A DNA stretch of 64,000 nucleotides, taken from contig CAKOKN010000001.1 of NCBI GenBank assembly GCA_934091055.1, positions 118,642 to 182,641 of the forward strand, given 5' to 3'. The translations under genes and the position numbers were made by a program. Below the pieces are notes generated by a model. It was not told the DNA's origin. It saw only the letters and a list, made by a program, of their open reading frames with translations, and made no database searches. Source of the DNA: an uncultured Bacilli bacterium. Its GTDB lineage: Bacteria > Bacillota_I > Bacilli_A > RF39 > UBA660. Positions 48,723-57,957 of this stretch are shown piece after piece (the stretch's first letter is position 1; the number at the start of each line of letters is the position of its first letter).

Positions 48723-50231
48723 TTATTTACTTACTTTAACAGTTCTTTTTTTAATACTTAAAGCTGCTCCAGCACTAGCAAGAGCTATAGCACTAAGAAT
48801 TAATACTAAGTTGATGTCTGAAGTTTGAGGGTTTTTAGTTTCTGTATTATTACCTTTTGCTTCTACTTTTACGAAGTTCATATATAAAGTAGTATTTTCA
48901 TTGAAAGCTTTAGTAAAGTCAGCTTTTGTTTTAAGTTCTTTATCTAGATAGTAACCTTCTAATTTGTAACCATCTTCTTCTTCACCAATTAGTTTATTTA
49001 GGTCAGCAATAACATCTTCATCAAATGTTGTTTCTTTTGGAACGATTATAGTGTTATATATTGTTGATTCTTTTGTATCGCTTAGTATAGCAGCTAATTT
49101 AATAGATATTGTGTCTTCTGCTAGATATTTATTATCTATTTCATTTGTGAATGAAGCTGTTACTATTGATATTGGTCCAACTCCTTGTTCACTTTCTTGT
49201 AATCCTTTTAATGGCTCTGATATAGATATTGGTGCTATTCCTTCTGGATTAGAGAAATCTCCACCAGTAATTTTAATTACACCAACAGCAGTTTCCTCAT
49301 CACTACCGTATTCTAGGATAGAGTTACCGTTTTTACTTGTGAATATTCCATTTTCGATATACATTTCTACATTTCCATAGTATGACTGTGGATTTGTTTC
49401 AATTTGAATAGTAGAGCCACTTGGATTTATTCCATTTCCATAGTTTTCTGGTCTTGCTACATATGCTCCAGTAGCAGTGAATTCTCCACCTTTAATGTTG
49501 TATGTACCAGATTTTGCTCCGATAGCAGATCCTTCACCAGTTATTTTAGTACCTTCTTCGATGTTCCATACAGCGTTTCCTGCTCCATATAATGCTACAG
49601 CATCTTTTCCTGCAGCGTTAACAGTAGCTCCTGTTTTTACATTAATAACTGGACGATTAGATGTTTCTTTGATATAACCGTTTACTGTTATACCGTTTTC
49701 TGTTGCATTGATTGTTCCTTGGAAGTTTACTACTCCACCGTAACTTTGTGTTGTTGTTCCGTAGAATACTGAAATACCTGTATTTCCGTTTAGAGTTACG
49801 TTTTTACCTACTGTTAATGTAGAATATGGTTCAGTAGTAGAAGTAGTACTAGCCCAAACACTTACAGCAACGTGTCCTTTATGAGTAATAGTACCTGTAC
49901 CAGTAATAGTTAATGATCCATTATCAATTATGATTGATTTGTTTTCTGGTATAGTAAGTTTTCCTTTACTATCTGGTAACATAGTTGGTTCAGTACTAAG
50001 ATTATGACCATTTAAGTCTAATGTTAGTGATTTACCACCTGTTACCATAAGTGAATTACTACCACCTTTATGGTTTTCAATATTGGCAGTTAGTTTGATT
50101 GTGTCTCCACTAGCAGCTGTACTAAATGCATTTATTAATTCAGCATCAGTGCTTGCTGTTAGTTCAGCAGCTTTAACACCTGGAACAAATAGTGCTATAG
50201 CAGCCACAAGAAATAATAATTTCTTTTTCAA
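48723..50231 (-). CDS. Cell-wall-anchored beta-helix-type surface protein with NPQTS sorting signal (sortase B substrate candidate)
   Basis: Signal peptide. Gly/Thr/Asn-rich repeats typical of parallel beta-helix adhesins. C-terminal NPQTS plus hydrophobic segment plus KKRTVKVSK tail. Confidence 0.7.
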   Translation of the reverse strand: MKKKLLFLVAAIALFVPGVKAAELTASTDAELINAFSTAASGDTIKLTANIENHKGGSNSLMVTGGKSLTLDLNGHNLSTEPTMLPDSKGKLTIPENKSIIIDNGSLTITGTGTITHKGHVAVSVWASTTSTTEPYSTLTVGKNVTLNGNTGISVFYGTTTQSYGGVVNFQGTINATENGITVNGYIKETSNRPVINVKTGATVNAAGKDAVALYGAGNAVWNIEEGTKITGEGSAIGAKSGTYNIKGGEFTATGAYVARPENYGNGINPSGSTIQIETNPQSYYGNVEMYIENGIFTSKNGNSILEYGSDEETAVGVIKITGGDFSNPEGIAPISISEPLKGLQESEQGVGPISIVTASFTNEIDNKYLAEDTISIKLAAILSDTKESTIYNTIIVPKETTFDEDVIADLNKLIGEEEDGYKLEGYYLDKELKTKADFTKAFNENTTLYMNFVKVEAKGNNTETKNPQTSDINLVLILSAIALASAGAALSIKKRTVKVSK

Positions 50232-50364
50232 TTTTATTCTCCTCTCTTTCTTAGATAGTCTCCCTATCTTTAATATAATTATATCAAAATAAAAATATTT
50301 TTCAAGTAGATTGTCGATTTTTGTAATAATATTTACACTAAAAAAAAGAACTAAATTCTAGTTC

Positions 50365-51555
50365 TTATTCTTGAGTATTCTGATTAGGATCTACCCTACT
50401 ATAAGAAGTAATATCTTCAATGCAAGTTATAAAGAGAGTTAGAGAGAGTTTTTCTCCTAGATCTTCTTCATTTATAGTTATTACTTTGGTAATGTCTTCT
50501 ATACTACTATATTTATCTTTTAGTTTCTTTTTGGCTAAGTTGATAGCTTTTTCTTTTACTTCGTCATAAGTTAGAATATCATTTATTACTTTTGTTTCGT
50601 ATTGATATTCTTTATTTAGAGATAATGAAGAGATATTATCTTTAAATATTACTTTAGTATCTTTATTGAAACTTTTATATTTTTTAAAGTCAAATAGTGA
50701 TATTCTTTTATTTAGAAAAGTAAAAGTTAATACTTTTTTACTCTTTCCTGTATATGATATTTCATTATAAGAATATGGATATTCTATATTTATGGTATAC
50801 CAGACTTCTCCTAGTACACTACCTTTAGCAGAACTTAATACTTTCTCGTTATTTGGCATAGTAATATAGGGAGATATTATTACTTCTCCTTTAGTTACAT
50901 AATTATTTACTTCTTTTTGTTTTTCACCTTTAGTAGCTTCAATTACTTTTATTATAGCATTTTTACTAGCAGTTATATTATATATAGCAGTATCTTGATT
51001 ATCTTTATTTATTATTCTTTCTTCTACTCTTACTATATATTTAGTACCTTCTCTTATTATTTCTAACCATTCTAAATTATCTTTATTATCTTTTAATATT
51101 TTATTTTCTATTTTTTCTATTTCATTATAACTTTTTACAAAAGAATACTTTTTGATACCATAATAATTTAACTCTTTTTCTAGTAGTTTTACTATACTAC
51201 TATTGGAGTGTATTACTTCAACACTAAATATTACATTAGATAATATATAAATTATTATTAGACCTAGTATTAGAAAAGATATTATAAAGATATTTTTTTT
51301 AATTAGTTTTAATAGTTTTAATTTACCTTGGTATTCTATTACTTCAATATTATAGATAGTTTTGTATTTATTTATCTTTTCTAGATCTTGATAGTTAATT
51401 ATTAGATCTGCTTCTTTATAAGAAATATTTACTACTTTAATAATATTTATATTATTATATATTAATCTTTTTAGGAAGTTATTGATATTTTTCCCAGTTA
51501 CTTTTATTTTAATATTACTAGAAAATATTTTAAGTATTTTAGCTTTCATAATCAC
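50365..51555 (-). CDS. yqfD: Sporulation protein YqfD-like
   Basis: 396 aa, single TM near residue 95, size and pattern of YqfD; preceded by a yqfC-like gene. Confidence 0.55.
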   Translation of the reverse strand: MIMKAKILKIFSSNIKIKVTGKNINNFLKRLIYNNINIIKVVNISYKEADLIINYQDLEKINKYKTIYNIEVIEYQGKLKLLKLIKKNIFIISFLILGLIIIYILSNVIFSVEVIHSNSSIVKLLEKELNYYGIKKYSFVKSYNEIEKIENKILKDNKDNLEWLEIIREGTKYIVRVEERIINKDNQDTAIYNITASKNAIIKVIEATKGEKQKEVNNYVTKGEVIISPYITMPNNEKVLSSAKGSVLGEVWYTINIEYPYSYNEISYTGKSKKVLTFTFLNKRISLFDFKKYKSFNKDTKVIFKDNISSLSLNKEYQYETKVINDILTYDEVKEKAINLAKKKLKDKYSSIEDITKVITINEEDLGEKLSLTLFITCIEDITSYSRVDPNQNTQE

Positions 51556-51564
51556 TCTTCTCTC

Positions 51565-51813
51565 TTAGGAAAAGGTTATTTTAGTTATCTTTCCTGTTAT
51601 TAGTATTTCTTCTTCAAACATCTTTGATATAACTAGATTTTCTCCTTCAATTATATAGAGATTGTTTTGATTACTTATTGATATTAGAGTACTAGAGAAA
51701 TCTACTATTTTGGTATAGTTTATTATATCTAGATTGTTATTTTTATAGATAATACTAAATTTTTTATCGTTTATATAGTTATCTAGTTTACTTATTAGTT
51801 TTATTTTTTTCAT
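51565..51813 (-). CDS. yqfC: Sporulation protein YqfC-like
   Basis: 82 aa, YabP/YqfC-family pattern; adjacent to yqfD. Confidence 0.5.
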   Translation of the reverse strand: MKKIKLISKLDNYINDKKFSIIYKNNNLDIINYTKIVDFSSTLISISNQNNLYIIEGENLVISKMFEEEILITGKITKITFS

Positions 51814-51933
51814 ATTAATATATATGTAATAGGACTAAAATTTATGAAAATATTGGATTATATAGGTATTCGTAGTGCATTTTTATTTACTTTTGTCATA
51901 AGTTATATTGAATACAAAAAAGGGGTGGATTAT

Positions 51934-52353
51934 ATGTGTAATAATGAAAATAATACTTGCGAGAATTGTATCGCAGATATTCTTAAAGTTATCCTTATAC
52001 TTCAGCAAAGTGTATGTCAAAATGACTGCTGCCTAGAGACTTGTGATAGAGGTTTCTTAGGTCAGAATAGTAGTTTCTGCTACAATACTAGACCTATTCA
52101 GCTATATACTTGTTCAGGGGGAAGTACACCACTTGCAATGCCAATTAGTAAAGATCCAAGTGTTACCACTACAAGTACTGTCTTTAGATTAGAGAAGTTA
52201 GATGGCTGCTGTGCTACTTGTAGAGTACTTGCTCCTAATACTGATGAGACTAGTGTATTTCCATATGAAGCTACTAACTCATTCTTTACTATTAACTTAG
52301 GTTGCTGTTGTGTACTTAGATGTCTTGATGATACATTTGTTGAATGTATATAA
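51934..52353 (+). CDS. CotZ/CotY-family Cys-rich spore coat/exosporium protein (start at MCNNENN)
   Basis: TVFRLEKLDGCCATCRVL and GCCCVLRCLD resemble the CotZ RVERVHGSCATL / CFCAINCLN blocks recalled from B. subtilis. GGGGTGG RBS before the internal ATG at 51934; the track's longer N-terminus is hydrophobic and lacks an RBS. Confidence 0.55.
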   Translation: MCNNENNTCENCIADILKVILILQQSVCQNDCCLETCDRGFLGQNSSFCYNTRPIQLYTCSGGSTPLAMPISKDPSVTTTSTVFRLEKLDGCCATCRVLAPNTDETSVFPYEATNSFFTINLGCCCVLRCLDDTFVECI

Positions 52354-52380
52354 AAAGCAGGTAAATATTCCTGCTTTTTT

Positions 52381-52431
52381 CACTACAAGTCTTAGGTCTT
52401 GTAGTGTTATTTTTAGCCTGTAGTCTAAAAA
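52381..52431. repeat. Paired-hairpin intergenic repeat, copy E6: cactacaag-TCTTAGGT-cttgtagtg ... tttttag-CCTGTAGT-ctaaaaa
   Basis: Carries both loop motifs (TCTTAGGT as in E4, CCTGTAGT as in E2); lies between convergent cotZ-like and pheT. Confidence 0.6.
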
Positions 52432-52479
52432 TAATAGATTGGGATTAGTAAAAAAAAATAGAACTTTTAAGGTTCTATT

Positions 52480-54846
52480 TTAATTATTTCTTAACTTAGC
52501 ATTATGTTTTTTTTCTACTTCATCAGTTATTTTAGTAAACACTTCTGTTACTTCTTCTAGAGTAAGAGTTTTATTTGGATCTTCAAAGTATAGAGAGAAA
52601 GCTAATGATTTATTATTATCTCCAAGTGAAGGATCTATATATAAATCAAATACTTCTATCTTAGTAAGTAATCTTCCACCAGACTTTTTGATAGTCTTAA
52701 TTACTTCTTCAGAAGTTATATTTTTATCTAATACGAAAGCCAAGTCTTTAGTTATGCCAGGGAATTTATTTATTTCCTTGTATTTCATTTTTGATGTTTT
52801 AATATCTTTTAATAGTGATAAGTTAACTTCTGCTACAAAGATATTATCTTTAGTAATAGTAGGATGTATTTTACCTATTATACCTACTTTTTTATTATCT
52901 ATATATATACTAGCAGCTACTCCAGGATGTAATTCTTTAGGTAAGTCTTCTTTCTTATAGTAGTACCTATTATTATAACCTAGATAATTTAATACTTTTT
53001 CTAATATTCCTTTTATTATATAATAGTTTACTTCTCTATTTGAACCTAGTTTATTATAATAAGTTCCACTCATTAGAAGAGTTAATTTTTCCTCTTCATA
53101 GTGTTCTTTATCCTTTACATAATAACTTTTTCCTATTTCAAAGAGATTTATATTACTATTATTATGTTTAGTATTGTAGTCATATACTGACAGTAGGCTT
53201 GGTATTAGACTATATCTTAGAGTACTTCTCTCTTCAGTCATTGGATCTTGAAGTTTTATACTATCAAATTCATCATTAGTATATTTATGTACTTCACTCT
53301 CTTTTATTAGGGAGTAAGTAAGAGTTTCTGATAGACCTAAAGTGCTAAGTAGATGTCTAATACTTCTATTTGTTTTATCTATCTTTCCTGTTTTAACTGG
53401 CAAGATCATTTCTCTGCCTTTTATGTTATCTATGCCATATATTCTTCCTACTTCTTCAATTAAATCTTCTTCGATTTCGATATCTATTCTTCTAGAAGGT
53501 ACGGTAACTAGTACTTTATCTTCTTTATCTTCAGTAGTAAAATCTAATTTTCTAAATATATCTAGGATAGTATCTTTACTTAACTCTATTCCTAATACTT
53601 TATTTATTTTATTATATGATATTTCTATTTTTTTATCTTTTATATCAATATTTTTATATTCTAGAGTACCTTCTACTATTTTAGCATCTGCATACTTTTC
53701 TAATAGATGTAAGCTTCTTTCAATAGCCATATATGTTCTTTTTGGATCTAGACCTTTTTCAAATCTATTTGAAGCTTCACTTCTAAGTACTTTTTTACTT
53801 GTCTTTCTAATTAGTACAGGATCAAAGATAGCACTTTCAATAACAATATTTTTAGTATCAGCCTCTACTTCAGTAGATAGTCCTCCCATAATACCAGCAA
53901 GGCCAATAGCACCAGTATTGTTATATATTACTATATCAGAAGTAGTTAGTGTTCTTTTTTGATTATCTAGTGTAATTAGTTCTTCATTAGAGGTTGCTAA
54001 TCGTACTCCTAGAAGGCTTCCTAATCTATCAGCATCATAATAATGAAGTGGCTGACCTGTTTCTAACATTACATAGTTAGAGATATCTACGACATTGTTT
54101 ATTGGTCTGATACCTGAGGCTATTAGTCTATTTTTAATAAAGTTTGGACTTTCTTTGATAGTTACATCTTTTACTTTTCTAGCTAGAAATAATGAACAGT
54201 AAGATGTATCTACGCTTAATTTTAATTCATCACTTATATTACCAGTACCCCTACTATGTGATAAATCTATATCTTTTACTTTTTTGTCATAGATAGCTCC
54301 TAATTCATAAGACATACCTAATATACTTAGTAGATCCCCTCTGTTGGATGTTAGTTCAAAGTCTATTACTTCATCATCTAATTCTAAATATTTTATTGGG
54401 TCTTCTCCTACTTTAGCAGTACTATCTAATTCACAAATACCATTAATGTCTTCGTCTTTTAGGAATTTATGATCTAGACCTAGTTCAGCAATAGAACATA
54501 ACATTCCATTAGATTCTACTCCTCTTATAACGCCTTTTTTAATTGTACCTCCTGGTAGTGTAGCTCCTGCTAGAGCAACAATTACTTTTAAGCCTTTTCT
54601 GACATTTGGTGCACCACATACTATTTGTAGTACTTCATTTCCTATATTTACCTTACATACGTGTAAATGATCAGAGTCTTGATGTATGTTGCATTCTAGT
54701 ACTTCTCCTATTACGAGGTTAGTGCAGTTTATTAACTTACCAGCACTATCATATTCATTACCAACACCAGTCATTTTTTCGGCTATTGTATTTATATCTT
54801 CTTCTAGATCTATGTAATCACTTACGAATTTTCTTGATAACTTCAT
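52480..54846 (-). CDS. pheT: Phenylalanine--tRNA ligase beta subunit
   Basis: 788 aa with tRNA-binding, B3/B4 and B5 domains. Confidence 0.9.
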   Translation of the reverse strand: MKLSRKFVSDYIDLEEDINTIAEKMTGVGNEYDSAGKLINCTNLVIGEVLECNIHQDSDHLHVCKVNIGNEVLQIVCGAPNVRKGLKVIVALAGATLPGGTIKKGVIRGVESNGMLCSIAELGLDHKFLKDEDINGICELDSTAKVGEDPIKYLELDDEVIDFELTSNRGDLLSILGMSYELGAIYDKKVKDIDLSHSRGTGNISDELKLSVDTSYCSLFLARKVKDVTIKESPNFIKNRLIASGIRPINNVVDISNYVMLETGQPLHYYDADRLGSLLGVRLATSNEELITLDNQKRTLTTSDIVIYNNTGAIGLAGIMGGLSTEVEADTKNIVIESAIFDPVLIRKTSKKVLRSEASNRFEKGLDPKRTYMAIERSLHLLEKYADAKIVEGTLEYKNIDIKDKKIEISYNKINKVLGIELSKDTILDIFRKLDFTTEDKEDKVLVTVPSRRIDIEIEEDLIEEVGRIYGIDNIKGREMILPVKTGKIDKTNRSIRHLLSTLGLSETLTYSLIKESEVHKYTNDEFDSIKLQDPMTEERSTLRYSLIPSLLSVYDYNTKHNNSNINLFEIGKSYYVKDKEHYEEEKLTLLMSGTYYNKLGSNREVNYYIIKGILEKVLNYLGYNNRYYYKKEDLPKELHPGVAASIYIDNKKVGIIGKIHPTITKDNIFVAEVNLSLLKDIKTSKMKYKEINKFPGITKDLAFVLDKNITSEEVIKTIKKSGGRLLTKIEVFDLYIDPSLGDNNKSLAFSLYFEDPNKTLTLEEVTEVFTKITDEVEKKHNAKLRNN

Positions 54847-55880
54847 TACTCTTCATCCTTTCTATCGAATTGTCTTAACATTCTGACATCATTAGTATAT
54901 AGATATCTGATATCTGGAATGTTATATTTAAACATTGCTAATCTATCTAAACCTGTACCGAAGGCAAAACCAGTATATTTTTCTGGATCATATCCACCCA
55001 TTCTAAGTACATTAGGATGAACCATACCTGCTCCTAATACTTCAATCCAACCAGTGTTTTTACATAAAGGACAACCTTTTCCACCACATTTAAAACAAGA
55101 TAAATCTACTTCAACACTTGGTTCAGTAAATGGGAAGTAACTTGGTCTAAATCTTACTTTAGTATTATCTCCTAGTATTCTTTTAGCAAATATTTCTAGT
55201 GTTCCTTTTAAATCTGCTAATGAGATATCTTTATCAATAACTAAACCTTCTACTTGACCGAATTGATGGGAATGAGTAGCATCATCGTCTCTTCGATAAA
55301 CTTTACCAGGACAAATTATTCTAATTGGTCCTTTTTCTGTATTTTCCTCCATAGTATGAGCTTGAGCACAAGATGTTTGAGTACGAAGTAAATACTCTGT
55401 ATCTATGTAGAAAGTATCTTGAGCATCTCTTGCGGGATGTCCATCTGGAACATTAAGTCTTTTGAAGCAATATTCATCTGTCTCTACTTCATTTCCTGGT
55501 ACTACATCATAGCCCATACTTACAAAGATGTCTTCTACTTCTTCAATTATTCTATTAAATGGATGAAGAGATCCTGTTATTATTTCTTCGCTAGGTAAAG
55601 TAATATCTATTGCTTCTTTTTCTAGTTTTTTATTTATTTCTTCAGTTTCTATTCTTGTTTTTACTTCTTCGAACAATGTATTAAAGTAAGTTCTAATTTC
55701 ATTTACTTTGATACCATATTCTTTTTTGTCTTCATTTGGTATTTCTTTGATTTTACTTTGAAGTAAAGTAATCACTCCTTCTTTACCTAAATATTTACTT
55801 TTAATATCTAAAAGTTCTTGATTTTTACTTAAACTTTTTAAATCGCCCTCTATTTGTTTTTTTATTTCTTCTGTATTCAT
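54846..55880 (-). CDS. pheS: Phenylalanine--tRNA ligase alpha subunit
   Basis: Class II core motifs (FRPSYFPFTEPS, GAGMVHP). Confidence 0.9.
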   Translation of the reverse strand: MNTEEIKKQIEGDLKSLSKNQELLDIKSKYLGKEGVITLLQSKIKEIPNEDKKEYGIKVNEIRTYFNTLFEEVKTRIETEEINKKLEKEAIDITLPSEEIITGSLHPFNRIIEEVEDIFVSMGYDVVPGNEVETDEYCFKRLNVPDGHPARDAQDTFYIDTEYLLRTQTSCAQAHTMEENTEKGPIRIICPGKVYRRDDDATHSHQFGQVEGLVIDKDISLADLKGTLEIFAKRILGDNTKVRFRPSYFPFTEPSVEVDLSCFKCGGKGCPLCKNTGWIEVLGAGMVHPNVLRMGGYDPEKYTGFAFGTGLDRLAMFKYNIPDIRYLYTNDVRMLRQFDRKDEE

Positions 55881-55889
55881 AATTCCTCC

Positions 55890-56177
55890 CTATACATTAT
55901 CAAGAAGCATTATTACTTCTTCTTTACTTAATTTTTTTTCATATTCTTTTATTTTATTTAAATAGTTATTATGACTAATAGTTAACTCCTCTAATGAATC
56001 ATATACTATTTTATCAATGTTCTTAACACCATACTTTATTAGATATTTTATATTTAAATCAGTGTCTATATAGTTATCTTCAACTAATGATAGAACATAA
56101 GGACTTTTATTTTTAAGTATTTTTTTATATGTTTCATTACTTACATATCTTAATAAATATTCTATATTATAATTCAT
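55890..56177 (-). CDS. Small hypothetical protein (95 aa, start at MNYNIEYLL) between the T-box terminator and pheS
   Basis: AGAGGTG precedes the ATG. The track's longer form would overlap the T-box terminator and is rejected. Confidence 0.35.
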   Translation of the reverse strand: MNYNIEYLLRYVSNETYKKILKNKSPYVLSLVEDNYIDTDLNIKYLIKYGVKNIDKIVYDSLEELTISHNNYLNKIKEYEKKLSKEEVIMLLDNV

Positions 56178-56184
56178 ATGCACC

Positions 56185-56390
56185 TCTTTTAAATAGAAAA
56201 AAGGTGATACCATAAAAGGACGAATTATTATCCGCGGTACCACCTTTCTTTATAACTAATGTTATACTTCTTAAAATCTATAACCTGATTAATGGTATAA
56301 AACTAAAGGGTGAATTCGTATTAAATATCTTATTAGGCTTCCACCATTCCTAACTCTCTATAAAGCATCTTTAATATTACTACTTCCTTA
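56185..56390 (-). ncRNA. T-box riboswitch leader (Phe specifier UUC) controlling the small ORF-pheS-pheT operon
   Basis: Minus strand has stem I with AGAGA and ...CGAATTCACCC (UUC then A), T-box sequence AAAGGTGGTACCGCGG (plus 56232-56248) and terminator GGTGGTACC...GGTATCACC followed by T6. Confidence 0.75.
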
Positions 56391-56398
56391 TCTTGGTT

Positions 56399-57208
56399 TT
56401 ATTTATTTCTTTGTTTAATACATTTTAATAATCTTTTTACTTCTTCTGGCTTATTTGTTAATATGTCTTTACCATAATATTCTGAACCAGCTTCTGTACT
56501 TATTCCGTATCTATTAGCATATGAGTTTACGCCCTCTATTAATAGTGTCTTTGGATTAGGTATACTGCTAGTTGTTTTCTTAAATATCTCATCGCTTCCA
56601 AACTTAATTGCGTAGTATGGTTCTACTTTAGTTATATTACTAATTATGCTACTTCTTGTTTGATCTAACATAATGCAACTTAGTTTTAGATCTCCTCCAA
56701 AAATTTCATTTAATAATTTATTGTTTCTATAGTTAAAACGAAATCTTGGTTCTTTTGGCAATTCTTTACTTAATATTTTTACTGTTTCATCTATTATAAA
56801 TGGAGTATCAATTTCTTGTTCTTCAAATAGGGCTAATCTATTTAGATTGTAGATTATACTACTTGATTCTTGCTTTAGTAGTTCAGTGCATAACTGTACA
56901 TCGTTTTGAGCAAACTCCGAGTATGCTATTTCTTCAGGATACATTCTACATATTGCGTGTGATATTTCTGGATCCTCTTTTAGGTAATTATAAGCAAACT
57001 TAAGTTTTCCTTTCATAGGTTTATTAGTTCCATCTATAGCTATTGATTCAATTGCTTTAGCTAAGATATACTTATAAATATTTGCTCCTTTATCTTGCAT
57101 TTTGTATAATTCTTCTGTTGTAGGCATAAATAATTCTTTGTAATTACTCTCACTTTTGGTAAAATCATAATTATTTTTTAATACATCATTTACTTCTTTT
57201 CTAGTCAT
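56399..57208 (-). CDS. Hypothetical protein (269 aa)
   Basis: Long ORF, no family assigned. Confidence 0.5.
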   Translation of the reverse strand: MTRKEVNDVLKNNYDFTKSESNYKELFMPTTEELYKMQDKGANIYKYILAKAIESIAIDGTNKPMKGKLKFAYNYLKEDPEISHAICRMYPEEIAYSEFAQNDVQLCTELLKQESSSIIYNLNRLALFEEQEIDTPFIIDETVKILSKELPKEPRFRFNYRNNKLLNEIFGGDLKLSCIMLDQTRSSIISNITKVEPYYAIKFGSDEIFKKTTSSIPNPKTLLIEGVNSYANRYGISTEAGSEYYGKDILTNKPEEVKRLLKCIKQRNK

Positions 57209-57231
57209 TTTAATTTCCCCCTTAATTAAAA

Positions 57232-57774
57232 CTATATTGTCATTAAGTCTTTTTCTTTCTCTTTTAATTTTTCATCAATTATTTTATTGTACTCTTGAAT
57301 TAAGTCTTGAACTTTTACTTCAGCATTCTTTTCATCATCTTCGGGTAATTCTAGAGTCTCTAATGATTTATTAGCATCTTGTCTAATATTTCTAAGTGCT
57401 ATTTTAGCTTCTTCTGCTAAAGCTTTTACTTGTTTAACTAATTCTTTTCTTCTATCTTCTGTAAGTGCAGGTATTACTATAAATACTACTTCACCATTGT
57501 TGTTTGGTGTTACTCCTAAGTTAGCTTCAAAGATAGCTTTCTCGATAGCTCCTAGAGCACTTCTATCAAATGGTTTTATTGATAGTTGTCTTGCTTCAGG
57601 AACTGAGATATTTGCTAAACTTTTTATTGGTGTTGGTACTCCATAGTATTCTACTAATACACCATCTAACATTGAAGGATTAGCTCTTCCTGCTCTAACA
57701 TTTAAAAATTTATTTTCTAGTGATTCGATAGTTAACATCATTTTTGATTCTGTGTTATTTAATATTTCTTCCAT
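57232..57774 (-). CDS. frr: Ribosome recycling factor
   Basis: 180 aa, strong RRF signature throughout (LENKFLNVRAGRANPSMLDGV...). Confidence 0.9.
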   Translation of the reverse strand: MEEILNNTESKMMLTIESLENKFLNVRAGRANPSMLDGVLVEYYGVPTPIKSLANISVPEARQLSIKPFDRSALGAIEKAIFEANLGVTPNNNGEVVFIVIPALTEDRRKELVKQVKALAEEAKIALRNIRQDANKSLETLELPEDDEKNAEVKVQDLIQEYNKIIDEKLKEKEKDLMTI

Positions 57775-57881
57775 AATATCTCCTTTTTACATATGCTATT
57801 TTACCATATTTTTGCTTTTATGTAAACATTTATACTTGTTTTTCTTTAATTATTGCTTTTATACAAAACATAAATAGTTTA

Positions 57882-57941
57882 TTTTAGAGACTTAGGAATA
57901 AGGCTCTAAAATACTCGGGGAAGACCTCAAGGCTTCCCGAG
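57882..57941. repeat. Paired-hairpin intergenic repeat, copy E7: ttttagag-ACTTAGGAATAAGG-ctctaaaa TA ctcggggaag-ACCTCAAGG-cttcccgag
   Basis: Same order, spacer (TA) and AAATAATAAATAAAT tail as E5; 3' of a minus-strand gene. Confidence 0.7.
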
Positions 57942-57957
57942 AAATAATAAATAAATA

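Noticed and set aside
51844-51933. N-terminal 30 codons of the track's 169-aa CotZ-like ORF
   Set aside because: Hydrophobic, non-homologous, no RBS; an internal ATG with GGGGTGG RBS fits the family.
56178-56243. N-terminal extension (MVPRIIIRPFMVSPFFYLKEVH) of the ORF upstream of pheS
   Set aside because: It would be translated from within the T-box terminator hairpin; start moved to MNYN.
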